NCBI RefSeq assembly: GCF_030463535.1
Contig: NC_132885.1
Span: forward strand, 19,601,786-19,665,785
Length of the DNA stretch: 64,000 nt
DNA from: Salminus brasiliensis
Lineage: Eukaryota
Direction of reading: 5' to 3'
Positions within the stretch are counted from its first letter, which is position 1. Every line of letters begins with the position of its first letter. Made by a program: the position numbers and the translations under genes. Positions 25,111 to 38,990 of the stretch are shown here, one piece after another. Under the pieces are notes generated by a model. That model was not told the origin of the DNA and did not search any database. It worked only from the letters and a program-made list of their open reading frames with translations.

Positions 25111-28100
25111 TTGGTATCTGTGCTCTGCAAGACTGAATAGCGAAAGTCGTCAGCAAAACGTATTGGCTTAGGGATACTGTGTAAATATGACTGCCTGGCT
25201 CCTGCCAGGGGCTTTTGGATATGTAGGCTCATGAACAGCAGTTATTCACTAAATCTACTTAAACTCTAAGACACAGCGGAAATCGTCCCTGTAGTCCTGA
25301 GGGGATATGTTTTTGACATGGTTTTGATCTGTTGCCCATTCCTTTCATTTGTATTATTTACAGCTTCAAAATGCTTAAAAGGTTCTTTACATTATCAAAT
25401 ATTTAATATGCTATCTGCAGCCTCACAAGGGAAATGCTTTAAAGGGAAATTCCAATGCAAACATATTTTTAGAGTCTTCTGCTGTGTTTGAGGTGATTGT
25501 GATACTTTAGTTAAGTGCAGTGCATAATTACACAAGAGAGTAAATGCATCTCCCCCAGGCAGGCTGCTTAGCTTGTTAGCTTGTGCAAGATTACACTGAA
25601 TTTCACCTTTGCTTGCTGAAGCAACGAAATTAATTGTACAATCATTCACGGACATGAACATACTGAAATGCCATTAAGCTCGGCCCATTTTAGATGCCAA
25701 AAGCCTACAGGAGGTGGGTCCAGTCTATTAAATTAACGTGTAAACACCGCAAAGGAATCTAAATCTTGTAATGCTGAATACTTTTTTTTAAATGCCAGCT
25801 AATTATATATATGCTTTTATCTCTTAAGGTGTGTAAAACCAACCTGGAATAATGTTTATTTCACAGCACTGCCAGATGATGTTGACAATGAGGACAGAAG
25901 GAGCAGAGCTGTTTTGTCAGAAGGAATTACAGATTGAAGCTGGATTGCTTGAACAAAGATGCTGTCTTTCAATCCAGCATTCATGATTAAATTGAATCTC
26001 TCAGCTTAGCAACTGCATTGGACTGCAGTGCAAAAGAGACTTTGGTTGCATTTCTTTCAGCATTTTTTCCATTTCCCTTTCCCATTTTTTTAAATCTTCA
26101 ATTATACTGAGCCAGATCATCTGTTCAGTTCTAAAAACCTTGTCCATGGAGTGTCACACAGCATGTTTAGTAAGAGCTACATGCAGTTTTTAAAAGGCAA
26201 TCTCCATACACACAGAAAAACAGACTTTGTTCTCCAGAAATGAAGTGCTCTGCTTTTATTTATTTCACTTTTTTGTTTTTTAATATAAATATGTTTATTT
26301 AGTTTTGGCCTGGTGTCAGCATTTACAGGTGATTGCCACAGCTGTCTATATCTGGTACTGGAAGCATTATATAAACATCACTGTAAAGGCACACAAAAAG
26401 ACAAGAGTCACAATATTGAATCCACTTGAAGTTTGTGGTGGTCTTGTTTATTTATTGAACTGTTACTGTAAAACATTTAGTTAGATTATGTGAACTTTCT
26501 AAAGTTGCATAGTAGATAGGCAGACTTTGCGCGGACCTTGGACAACAAAGCCACTGTTTCTCCTCTGTGAGTGCTGGCAGAGGGTATTATGGGAGGTGGT
26601 AGGTGAGTGATGCAGACTGTGTGTGGGCTTCGAGCGATCATCCACACAAAGCTGTCAGCTCTCTCTATTTCTCTTCTAAATCGTGTCAAACTGTATAGTG
26701 CATGATGAAGAAGGAGGCATTTTGATGTTTTGAACTTCTGAGCGTTGTGATTTGTGGCATCATGCCAGGCTGCTGCCACCTCTCCATCTCCTGCGGGTCG
26801 TGCTGTTCAACGGTTTTGTTCCCGAAGGCCACTCTGACACCCCACAGGTCCACATCTCCTCCACATCTATAATCTACAAGAAACTTGGCCAATAGTATCC
26901 TGTGATTGTATCAGTCTCTGAAATTGGCAGACCCATGCTCTGCCCACAGATGCATTCTTTTGTAGCAGCTGTTGTCGAGTTGGATAATCTATACAGAATC
27001 CCATTCAGCCTAATGCAGTTTTCTGTGTAATATTGTGCTTCATTGCTGAGCTATGTTGTTGTGGCTAATCAAAGCTAGACAGGTTGAAAAAAAAACAAAC
27101 AGCAGTGCTTTCGCTGTCATGCTAACTATAGCTTAATTACACAACACAAAAAACTACACCTGACCTGTCTCAACAGTGTGGCCTTGTACACACATACACA
27201 ATAAAATCTATTTAAAATGAATGATTCGCCAGGATCGTAAGTTCGAATCCTGGGTCATACTGTTTCGCCATCAGCAGCCAGAGCCACAGAGAGCTCAATT
27301 GGCCATGCTCTGACTGGGTGAGTAGATAATGCTCTCACCCCTCATCACTCCTATTGTGATGCTGGCCAGCCTAGGCATATGTTGGTTGACGTATCAGAGC
27401 TGGGGGTCTTGCGCATAGTGGCTGCCTAGTGATGCTGCATTGGCGGTACTCTGAAAAGAGGTGGTGGCTGAAATGTTCACATGTATCAGAGGAGGCATGT
27501 GCTTGTCGTCACCCTCCCAGTGTTGTATTATTGCAAATGATAGGGGCAGTCTATTGAGTTAATTGGCTCAGCTAAATTGGGGAGAAATTGGGGGAAAATA
27601 ATACTAATACTTTCAAATGTTAAAATGTCGACATTTGAGAAAATTGAGTGTGCTCCACGGTGGTGGTGGCTGATAGCCTAGTAGCAAGAGAGGTGAGCCT
27701 GCAAACCATTGTATCTGTGGGTATGGCACTGAAACTCCCTGCCCCATGTGTTGCAGCCCCACTGGAGACACTGTGAAGCTTCAAGGCAGGGCAAAGACTT
27801 GAATGAATGACCAGTTTCTGTTGTAAGCGGTTAGCAGTGTAAACCTTGCTGCTTGAAGTAATGGTTCAGTAAGACATCAAATGGTACTCTCAGATTTGTA
27901 GCTACACAAACTGTAAATGGATTTGTCTAGATGTTTTGCTTCTTTCGGTTTAAACTGGAACTGTGAAACTACATTTTCTAACAAGAATAGCGTTTTTTAC
28001 AACCGGCGTTGTCACAAAGTAGCTTTACAGAATCAGTTATCAGTAGGTGGACAAGAGATCAACAAGACATAAAACCTAAGACCCCCAGTGAGCAAGCCAA

Positions 28101-29400
28101 AGGCAATAATGCCAAGCAAAAACTCCCTCAGAGCTAAAAAAAAAAAAAAAACCTTGGGAGGAACCAAAACTCACAAGGGGGACCCATCCTCCTCTGGTCA
28201 GAACTATTTATAAATTATTGATCAAAGTCACCAAACCACCACAAAAGACTGTTCTACTGCTCTGGTGTGCAAAATAATCCTAATATAATCATGTAATACA
28301 ATCTTAATATATATAACAAATATAATCATCGTGACCGTAAGAGTAATGAGAGTAATGGTGATTAACTGTGGTAATAATAATAGTAGCATGTCCATGTAAA
28401 TTTAGGGATTCGTTTGGCAGGTGGCAGTCACAAACACTAGACGTCAGTGGTCACCCAAAATATTTTCTCTAAATGCATGCTTAAAGTTACAGCTAGTTTT
28501 TGTTCTTTTTATAGTTCACAATAATTAATATTGTTCTGTGAATCACATTGTCATGTGCCACCTTAATTTGGTTGGAGTGGCTTTGGTTTAGAGACAAGCC
28601 TGTGTGTGTATATTTAGTGTTACAAGCCCCAGGAACCACCAGTATGACATTATGGAAAAGATTTGGGTGACTATTGCCTTCTAATCTGCAAAATCTGGAC
28701 ACCAAACATGTAGTCAAACGCTGTGTAATGTGGACTTTCATCAAACCATTCCTTTAACTTAATTTCTCATTATGGTTGAATGGGGATTTTTGCCAGCGCT
28801 CACAACGGTAGCACATTTGTGGGCGGAACATGGGTCAGTAGTTTTCTGTTTGCTGTGCCTGTGCCTTGTAGGCTGTATTTGAGACACTATACCTATAACA
28901 ATAGCTGCACAAACTGACAGTTACACATGCCTACAGGCAACATTTATCTCCCACTAGTTTGCAATATGATGCTATCCCACTGCAGGTGTGTCTGTCCGGT
29001 GGTTTTGCCCAGGGCTGCTCTCTCGGAGCAGGAGATGGAGGGTGTGGCACTGCTGTGTGATGTTACAGTGCTGCCGCCGTTCGAGCTGTACAGAATTACT
29101 CTAAACTCGACTAGTGTTTTTGTAGATCAGCTGACCCATAACATCCTCGCAGTGTTGTAGATGTATTCTGAGGGCTGCATGTCATGGCTGTGTACTGACT
29201 CCAGATTAGCTGTGGAATTAAAATAAGATAATAAAAAAACATTGTGGTGATGTGTGTTCAGTTCAGCCAGTGATGCTTTTTTAAGTGACGTGTTTTTATG
29301 TTTTTTATTTTTTCAATTACTGAGATGTGCACTGAAATAAAAAAAGAAGGCCATAGCTTTTTTATGCTTTTCTGTGTTTTGTTGTAATGTTTTCTTTTGG

Positions 29401-29448
29401 TTGTTTTTATATATATATATATATACATATATACATACATATATATAT
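29401..29448. repeat. (TA)n/(CATA) compound microsatellite.
   Basis: tatatatatatatatacatatatacatacatatatatat. Confidence 0.85.
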
Positions 29449-29859
29449 TTTATTGAACTGTAGCAATCGCTATCATAAAAAGGCACTTTGCTATTCTGTC
29501 AGTTTATTGCAATAAAAACATATTCAGTGCACAGTGTTTTAAAATGTGTTGATGTAACTTTATCGTCTGTCCTCTTATGCATTTGCCGTGCTGTTGTTTG
29601 AAAAAACTGCAAATAAGACAGGGAAAATACTGTGATGCAAAACTGGCACGCAAAGACCTTGTATCTCCATCTTTTTAGATCATTTGAATCTGGCAGTTAT
29701 AGTTCTTAACATTGTCAAAGTTTCCTGTTAAATGGACCAATTGAAATGGTCTAAAATGCCAGAAAAAAAAAAAAAACATTACACTTTTATATAACTTTAA
29801 TTGAAAGTCAACAGGGTTTCTGCTTTCTGTTGTTGCTGTAATTACACGCTGTAGTCCAT

Positions 29860-30320
29860 CTGTTTCTCTGCATACTTTGTTGGCCTTCTTTCACCCTGTT
29901 CTTCAATGCTCAGGAGTCCACAGGACCACCACAGAGCAGCTATTATTTGAGTGGTGGGTCATTCTCAGCTCTGCATTGACACTGACGTGGTGGTGTGTTA
30001 CTGTGGTGTGTTGCACTGTTACAAGTAGATCAGACACAGCAGGTGGACTGAGGATAGTCCACCAACCAGAAAAAGCCAGACACCAGTGTCCTGTGGGCAG
30101 CGTCCTGTGATCACTTATGTAGGATTAGAGGACGACCAACACAAACTGTGCAGCAACAGATGAGCTTCTGTCTCATCTACAAGGTGAATCAACTAGGTAA
30201 GAGTGTCTAATAGAGTGGACAGTGAGAGAACACAGTGTTTAAAAGCTTCAGCTGCACTGCTGTGTCTGATCCACTTGCACCAGTGGATCCCCTGCTCTGT
30301 GGTGGTCCTGGGGGGTCCTG
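29860..30320. repeat. Unclassified interspersed repeat, family R1 copy 2.
   Basis: See 15370-15770. Confidence 0.5.
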
Positions 30321-30647
30321 GGCATTAAAGAACAGGGTAATAGGGGGTTAACAAAGTCCATTGTTTTACTCTTTTAATCTAAATCTAAAACTTCAATTAA
30401 TTAAAATTATGGACAGAGAAGTACCTTTATAAAAACACAATAATTGGCACCTCTTAAAATTCTTATAAACAAGATCTTATTAATCACAACTGAGGTTTTT
30501 CTACTGTTAAGTAGTGAGAGGTGACCTTCTGTTTTGTTGGTATATGAATGTTATGACAGACCAAACTGCCTCATCATAGAGAAGACCAGAGAGTCTACAA
30601 AATGTTGACCTTCATAAATGGCCTTCTCTGACAGGAGGCTAGCTGGC

Positions 30648-30650
<3 letters not shown>

Positions 30651-30680
<30 letters not shown>
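30651..30680. repeat. (CA)~15 microsatellite.
   Basis: Perfect run. Confidence 0.9.
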
Positions 30681-30682
<2 letters not shown>

Positions 30683-30969
30683 CCTCTGTGTGATATGAGC
30701 AATGCAGCAGTGTGGCTGCTATAGCTCAGATGTACTGGGCATTCACACAAAACATTTGTGCTACAAAACACGACTGCAAGCTTCTTTGTACGGACTGTTT
30801 GTACGTTTGACTTTTTTTTTCACTGTTTGTACGAAATAGTTCCAGACAATCTTTTTCAGAACAGATCAAGTCAAGTCAGTCACTTCGTAAAAGAGCACCA
30901 TTTACCAGTTGGTGTAGTGTAGTGGATAACAACAATTACAATACTTGGGCAAGACTCCAAACGGTATAT

Positions 30970-31335
30970 ACACTATATTGGCGAAAGTATTAGGACACCT
31001 GCTCATTTATTGTTGCTTCTGAAATCTATTGGGTATTTTTATCCTGCTTTTGAGTAGCTTTGAGTAGCTGTCTCTACTGTCCAGAGAAGGCTTTCTACTA
31101 GATTCTGGAGAATTGCTGTGAGAATTTGGTTGCATTAACCAACATGTTGGATGATCCACATCCCAAAAGTCCCCAACTCATCCTAAAAGTATGGGGTTGA
31201 GCACCATTATTCCAGAGAACACAGTTCCTCTCCTCCGCAGCTCAATGATGTGGGGGGCTTTATACACCTCTAGCCCACAAATATTTGGACATCTAGTGTA
31301 TGTGAGTCACTCTGAATAAGAGCGTCAGCCAACCA
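30970..31335. mobile_element. Non-autonomous Tc1/mariner-like element, family copy 1.
   Basis: It begins cactatattggcgaaagtattaggacacctgctcatttattgttgcttctgaaatc... and ends ...caaatatttggacatctagtgtatg, which reads as terminal inverted-repeat-like ends. Its internal sequence is shared with 42895-43110 and 50818-51262. Confidence 0.5.
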
Positions 31336-34300
31336 CCATAATAAAATGTAAGCACGCAGATCTATGACAAAACAAAAAATGGATAGAGCAACAATGACTA
31401 GTATTAACTGCAGTGAACTGTATAATTATTTGTTGCATTTTTATTTCATTGTATGTATAATTTTCATTGTTTCTGGCAAATTATTTCACAGTTTTATGCT
31501 GTCTAGCATGTTTGGCACATGAGGGGGGGAGGGGGGAATTAGGCACAACACCTGTTCTCTAGATTCTGTGCCAGTTCTGGGACACTCTGCTGCACTCCCA
31601 CGCAGGCAGTGTGAAAGCAATAACCTGGTAAAACTGGTGCTGAAATGGAAAGTAAGATGTTCCGGGTCACTCATGCTGCGCAGGAACAGCATGTGTGAAA
31701 CCAGTCTAAAACTAGTGGTGGTTGGATCTTCCAGCAAGGCAGTGATGCAAAGCTTTACTTGAAAATCACACCAAAAGGAGTCAGTGTCAACAAAATAAAG
31801 CTTTTGTAGTGGTCCAAATGGAAAAGCCTGTAGAGTGAGGAAGCACAAGGATAGTTTATTTCTGAATAATTGTACATGGCTGAGCGGGGGTATAGGCAGA
31901 AACACACTTTTTGGTGGGCCTTTGAAAAAGATGTAGAAGTAGATGGTGGTGCATCTTTTCAGAATGTATTTATCAATCGCCCCCAAGGTCTTACAACATC
32001 ACATCATCAGTCATTCACTGTTCAGTCGTTCTGCTTAATCTAATGCATCTTATCTGGTGCACTGTTTAGAGTGGGAGGCAAATCAGATAGCTTCATCAGA
32101 AAACAGAATACTGTGAAATGCTCTGTTAGGGATGGGCTTTCTATTTTACAGTTCCCCCAGGTGCATCTTTTGAGTTGGTGGAGATTCCAGTTCAAACACC
32201 GGCATGCTGATAAATAAATTAAGGCTTAAGGCAATTTGCAAAGTGTGTGTATGTGTGTGTGTTTGCACAAAAAACAAAAACCTTGTATCTCAATTTTAGT
32301 AGTTTTAGTAGTTTTGGTAGTTTTTAGTAGTCACTTTTTGACATAACTTGAAGTTGTCTTTAACGTTGTGTCCCTTTAACGTTTAACTCGTACATGAATC
32401 TGGTGTTTTTCGTCACGTATATGTTCCCATACCTGCATCCTTCCTGTGCCTTTAGTGTAGCAGGCCGAGGCAGATCCAGGTACACAGTGAGGTGAAATGA
32501 GCTATCCTATCTCTTATCATATTCATTTGGACAATGTTGGCTCTCTGTGTGTGAACTGTTGTATGTGTGTTGAGCTGCTAGTGAGCAGTGAGGAGTGAAC
32601 AGGGAGGGTTGAAAACCTCCTGTTGTGCTACTGCAGCTTTCTTCATATGGAAGGGTCCAACTTCCACAGTGATAAATAGCGTTTACACACACTTTTATAA
32701 ATGCTGCTCAGTCTGACTGAAGGGGGTGAAAAGCACAGTTGAACGGAGGGACCTCCAGAATCGAACCGGCGGATAAAATTGCGTTTTATGGCTACTGTGA
32801 AAATGTGATCGTTTCAGTCTAAAATCAAATTGATGAACTTAGACATTTTTCATAGCTTTTATTTCTATTCATGCTCCTCAAGGGTACCAGTACTCGGCGG
32901 GGCAGTGTAGCTAATGAAAGCAAAGCACTCCCAGAAAACTCACTTACACACTTGCAATCTCAGTACATACACCAAAGGGTATATTACACGCTCTATCAAT
33001 ATGTTTGTATAACGTCACAGCCGTGCTGCAAACGCATGGAGTATCTGGTCTACGCTGCACATGCGTAGCTGTGTTAAATAATAGATCTGTGAGTCTGCGC
33101 TATCATTTAATGTGCAGATCACGCTTGCATGTCCCCCAGTCACAAAAAAAAAAACTGAAGTAGAAAAAAGAAAAAAGAAGGAGACATAATGTTTGCAGAG
33201 GCAGCTGATTAAATGGGAAAATGGGGTGTGACACTCATTTGGGTCTGTGTGATAGTCTGAGGGCTCAGGTGGAGGAGAGCAGTGGGGATGGAGGTGAATA
33301 AGTGTCTGAATGCAGTCTGCTGGATTTACAGACCAAGACTGCTCCCATTAACCTCCAATGCAGGAGAGGTGGTGGTGGGGGGCATTCGGTGTGCTTTCTT
33401 TGCCTCCTGCTGTGGTGACACAAGCCTGGGAATGGGTTTTAACGTGATCTGTTCTTTAATACGTTGCTGGCATTCAGTTGCGTGTTGTGTGGGTAGTGTT
33501 TACGCAATGGGTTACTTGTGTTTTTCAAAATGCATCTTTATGGATTCATAGGCATTTATTGTACAATTTTCTTTATCTGTAAACACGTCTGTGCATACGC
33601 CCTTTCATTTGGCACGTGAATGTCTTATCTTGTCTGGATGGTAATTAAGATGTCTGTCTGTGATTGTATGTGTTTGTGGAGGAGCTGGGGAAAGCCTGCG
33701 GTATGCTGTAGCACTTGAGTGTCTGTCAGGGGCAACAGATGATGCTGTCCACAGTGGCTGTCCTGTCTGCTAACTGAGAGCAGCGTGACAACCAGGGGCC
33801 ACAACCAAATCACACAACACAAATCATAACTCTTCCTGACACTGCTCACCAAAAAACAACAAAAAAAATCCACTCATGAAAATTCATATTTTTTACCTGT
33901 CACCATGATGTATGCCTAAGTGTACATATTATTTTTCAGCCTAGTAAGGGAAAATCTCTCTGATCATTAAATCTCTTCTCTAATCTTCTCATCAAGAAGC
34001 ATCATGTAGCAATGTGGCTCTTGTGCTCATTAAAGCCATCATTGCTTTTGCAGGATCCTTTGAGCCAACAGTAGGCCTTAATGATTCACTAAGCATTGTG
34101 TTTACATTCTGAGACCTGCACATATTTACATGCAATAGCTATCTATCCAACTGAATGTGTGGTCCTGAAGGCACTGGGAGCAAACCCAGTTTGGCGTTTA
34201 TTTCTCAGAGCAGTGCTTACATTACAGGCCAGTTTCCCAGATTAGTCTTACACTAAAAAGAATTTCCAATGGGGCTTAACCGGTGGCACTGCAATTGAGT

Positions 34301-34603
34301 CCAAGACTAGGCTTTATCCATGTCTGGGAAACGAGCCCTGAAGGTCTACTGATTAATATAAGGATCAGAAAGGGGGATTTTAGTAGCTCTCCTGAGGGCA
34401 TAAACAATGTTCTGTTTGGGAGTGAGAAGAAACTCTGGGAAACCTAGACTGGAGTATGGGAAGCCAAACCCCACCCAATCAGTCAATCAGTGACAATGAG
34501 AGCAGGTGTGGAAGAGGGGCAGAAGACGTGGACACGTGCACACATAGTTGTACAGATTTATCATGGAAGCTAAAAAGATATGGGAGAATTTATAGTGTGT
34601 AGG

Positions 34604-34633
34604 CTGAAGAGGAGGAGGAGGAGGAGGAGGAGT
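34604..34633. repeat. (GGA)n trinucleotide repeat, about 9 units.
   Basis: gaagaggaggaggaggaggaggaggag. Confidence 0.85.
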
Positions 34634-37600
34634 TTCAGTCATTGTTGTCCTCCTAAACATGGGTTGTTTCATAGCTCAATTTAGTGGCTTAGTTTTGGTT
34701 GGTGAAAGATTATTCCTTGCTCAGTATGCTTGTTACACAAGAGAACATTTCTTAGCACAGGGATGTGAAAACCCTGGCTTGTGGGTTTGCAGTAAAGACT
34801 CTGGGGTGAGAATGTGCAATAATGATGCTAGGGCGAGAATGGAGGGGGACAGTGCATTTATTGTCTTTAAAGTAAGCCGGCAGATACCATGCCTTTCAAA
34901 CCCGTTTTACATATTACACACTTCTTTGGGTTTGCAATGAGTCTGGCTCACCTCAAGGACTTCAGGATGACCCTGCAAAATGAGGGCTTAGAATTCTGTC
35001 CAAGAGACGTTGGAATGCACATGACGTCTAGGATGCCTTGGGGCTGCCGCCCATGCAATAATTTGAATGGAGAAAACCCAGTGAAGGCTTACAGGACCTC
35101 TTGCACTGCAAACAACAGGGGTTTAAAACACTGGTATCAGTTTCTAGCATCTTCATATGCAAACTTATAAATCATATTCTGAGCGTCTGATCAAATCATT
35201 GAGCAGGCCATTCATTCAGGTTGGTAAACAACAGGCAAGACTCTACATCATGCATCAGAGGCATGCTGGGCCGGCAACTAGAATAAACAAAAATATTTGT
35301 AAAGATATTAGTGGGTGTTAAACATATTATCTGTCCTATACTGTACTGGTATACTAATATCAATATAATATAATAAATATTTTATTTGCTTTGTTTGTGC
35401 AGTGAGATTTAGCTATAAAACACCATACAGTAATACAACCTTTATTTTTTATTTTAGATGTGACGCACCTCATGGACATGGCTTTTAATACTCTCACTCA
35501 TGTTTAGCAGGCTAAAGATTCTTCACGAAGGAAGCCTATTGGTTTGCGAATAGCTTTCAGTTCTTTGTATAATTGACACTTCATATCCTTGTTTTAAGAA
35601 ATTAACATTATACAGTTTATGCATAAAGAACCCTAAAAATATTTTCGAGTCATATTTATGTAAAATCTGGAAATATTACTTGTCTTTTAGTGATGGCTCA
35701 AAGCACAAATCATGCTTTTCGGCTGTATTGGGAAACTAGGAGCAAAAAATACCAAATCTTACATAATGCTGCTTTAAAAGGGATTGTTCCCTAAAGGCTG
35801 CTTGCAGCTTTTACATCCTGGAGTTGATTATTTACCGTTGCATTTTATTAAAACTTTTCTATCCTTATGTTTTGGTACTTGTTTTTAGGAGTGTATCTCG
35901 CTGTAAATGACTAAACTATTATTTTAAAACAGTAGATTCAATTCAACAAATTGCTGTGGTATGTAAAAATATAGTGACCTACAAAAATCCTTAAAAACTG
36001 AAGCACAAAATAAAACTGAGCAAATGATACTACAGTAGTTACAACCCACACATGCTCACAGAATCTCATTGGTTCACACCAAACTGCTAAAGGTTTCAGA
36101 CCACTAAGTGCTATTTCTGTTTCTGTTGTTATGTGAACACCCACAGTTTGGAGATGAAAACACAGCATGCTTATCAATAATGAACAAACTCTAAAACCTG
36201 CTTGCCTGTATGAGCTTGCACAGCTTGGATTCATTCTTCACAACAGACTTGTTGTAGTGCTGGGAATGGGTTACTGTTATCTTAGCCGTCAGCCATAGTT
36301 GTGTAGCAAGGTGATGTGTTGTGACGTACAGGGAGCAAACCTGCACAAAGATACAATCCCACATTTCTGTGACATTTTTTCTTGAAGAGAGCACATACAG
36401 ATGCCTCCATTTTCAGGCAGAACTATCACAAGCCTTCATAAATGAATTGACCTTTGTTTCCTGCAGACCTTGACTGTGTTGTATCATAACCAAATACTCT
36501 ATCAAGAGCTGCAAGGTCTATAGATATTTGTCCCAACCTCCACAATGTTATATCCCACTTTTAATATTCCTATAAATCCCTTGTGTTCTGTAAGATTCTA
36601 AATGTTTTCCATTGATTGCCCTTGGCCTGGTGTATGCCACAGTCCTTAGCTGCCTTTAGAAAGTAGGTTTTCTAAAGGCGGGAGTCTAAATACTGCACGT
36701 CCACTACTAGAGGCACTTTCTTTGTATACTGCTCTTTCCCCACAGCAACCCCAGAGCTTCATGGGCATCAGCAGATGTTCATCTGGGTCACAGTGCCAAG
36801 GTAATTGGAGTTCTCCCTGCAAATTCCCACCTTATAATCAAACACTCTGCTAGTCACTGCCCTAGACGTAGACAGAGTGTATAATAGCACCTCTGTCTAG
36901 TCTTGCAGAATGGTCTTTTCATTGAGAAAATCCTTTATTCTAGCTTTTTGTGGATTAATAGGTTTCAGAACCCTGAATCAGAATTCCCTCAAATCCGAAC
37001 AAGTCTGGAGCTGCCAAACGTACTCATGCAGTGGATGTGTAGAAGTGCTGAGGCTAGGGGAAAGACTGACTTGCCTCGTACAGAGCTGCTAAGATTAGAC
37101 AATGTGTGATGAAGCAAGTGTATAATTTTCACCCCAGGAGTGAAGGAAAAGCTTGCGTCAGAAACAGTGAGGTTCACTTCACTTACTTCTCTTTGTCTAA
37201 GTGTATGCGCTGCAAGCCATGGGCATTCTTATCCGGCCATAGCCTCTCTTTAAGTTTAATTACCACTGAGTCTCTCGTCTATGTACAGTTCGACCACCTA
37301 GTGCCTGATTTTATGAGTTTACCCCTCAGCAGGCCAGGGCTGACCTCACATTTTGACAAATGACATCTGAGAATCAGAGCATTTGTGTGGAGTACTGCTA
37401 GCCGTCCTCTGTTTAACAAGCATAATCAAACAAGACAAATCACTTAAAGGGCTGTTTGAGACAGAAAGTTCTGCAAAGAAAATGATGAGAAAATGAGTTA
37501 GAGCACCACAGCTGCTCTTTCACTGAATCAGCTGCTCTGCTGCTCTCTCCAGAATACAGTGCAAATTTGCTCGCTGTTAAAAGCTGTAATGTTACTTTAA

Positions 37601-38639
37601 GCAATTAAGGGAGTTTTGCTTAATTTTGTGCCTTTAGCTTGATCAGATGTAACCTCTGTGCATAAATAAATGCTGTCATAACAATGCACTAATTAGCTGT
37701 GTTAGCTAGCGCTCTCTCTCTCTCTTTCATTTTCTGGTGCTAAGTAATTATGAATTAAAATGTAATGTGGTTTTAATGCACTCTAGGTGCGGCATTGGCA
37801 GATCTTATGGAGAGCCGCTGTGTGTATCCCGTGCAGAAAAGAAACTGTCACAGATCTTCATTAATGGCAACCAAACGCAAATTGTTGCAGACGTCATGTT
37901 TGTATAATGGGCTTCCTTTATATGATGATTCAAACCTAAACTGACACATCCAGCCTTATTTCAATGACGCATTTTCAGCCCTGTTATGAACTACCACTAA
38001 GCTACACTAACCGAGTTTGAATATGCAACTGCAAGCACACAGCAGAACATTAGCAGAACATCAGCTGTGCTGCACACCACAGAGCGGATTATTCAGAGCG
38101 GCTGGGTTGCCATTTTGAAGCAGTCTCCATGTTCAACAAGCCTCTTATAATGGCAGGCAAAATGCAAAATGTTAAGACTCTTGCCCAAGGATTCCTGTTA
38201 TAGAGCAGTGGCATTTATTGCATTGACAGACCAATCCAGGCCTCTTATCCTACATGTGCTGGGCAATGGTGGTGTTCACTATGCTCTTACAACACCATCA
38301 TTTATCATCCATCAGGCCTGTGAGCTTACCCTCTTCAGAGCCTAATAGGCAATTCACAACGGACATGTTTCTGAAGCATTTATTAATTATCTGTCTGGCA
38401 GAACAGATACACTCCTAGTATAATTAGTGTTTCAGTCCACACCGGCTGCACTAGATGTGCAACTTATGTCCATTTTAAAGGACAGAATCAGAAACAGATT
38501 ACCAACCGGTCCTACTGGACACATGCCCTCAGGCCACTATGAGACCCTAAACCAATATAGATTTATATCATATATATATATATATATATCTTTTTCACAC
38601 AATCTATGAAAACAGCGGTGAGTTAATATAACACAAGGC

Positions 38640-38990
38640 AACAAAAGTTCACAACTTAAAAGGTCTCGTTAAAAGCAGGTAAAATGGGTAAGTGTAAGGA
38701 TCTGAGACACTTTGACCAGAGCCAACATGTGATGGCTGGACAAACATGTCCAAAACATCAGGCAGGTCTTGTGGGTTTTTTTCTGGTATGCATGAACCAG
38801 CAACAGGGTCATGAATACCACGCTCCCACTGATGCGATCCATGGAGGCCCCACCTCACAACTTACAGGACTTAAAGGATCTGCTCCTGATGTCTTGGTGC
38901 CAGATACCACAGGATACCCATGCCTCAATTGGTCAGATTTGTTGTGACGGCACAAGGGGGACCTACTGAAAATTAGACTGGTGGTATTAA
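38640..38990 (+). mobile_element. Internally deleted Tc1-like element (PPTN/Tc1 family). The N-terminal (MGKCKDLRHFDQSQHVMA...) and C-terminal (...LKGSAPDVLVPDTTGYPCLNW) transposase segments are fused.
   Basis: ORF 38684..38947 matches the start and end of fish Tc1-like transposases (MGKCKDLSEFDRGQIVMA... / ...LQDLKDLLLTSWCQIP), with the middle missing. Confidence 0.5.

Noticed and set aside
31486-31986. The longest unassigned ORF (166 aa, - strand).
   Set aside because: It has no recognisable domain, a low-complexity composition and no splice context. It lies beside a Tc1-like non-autonomous element and is most likely spurious.
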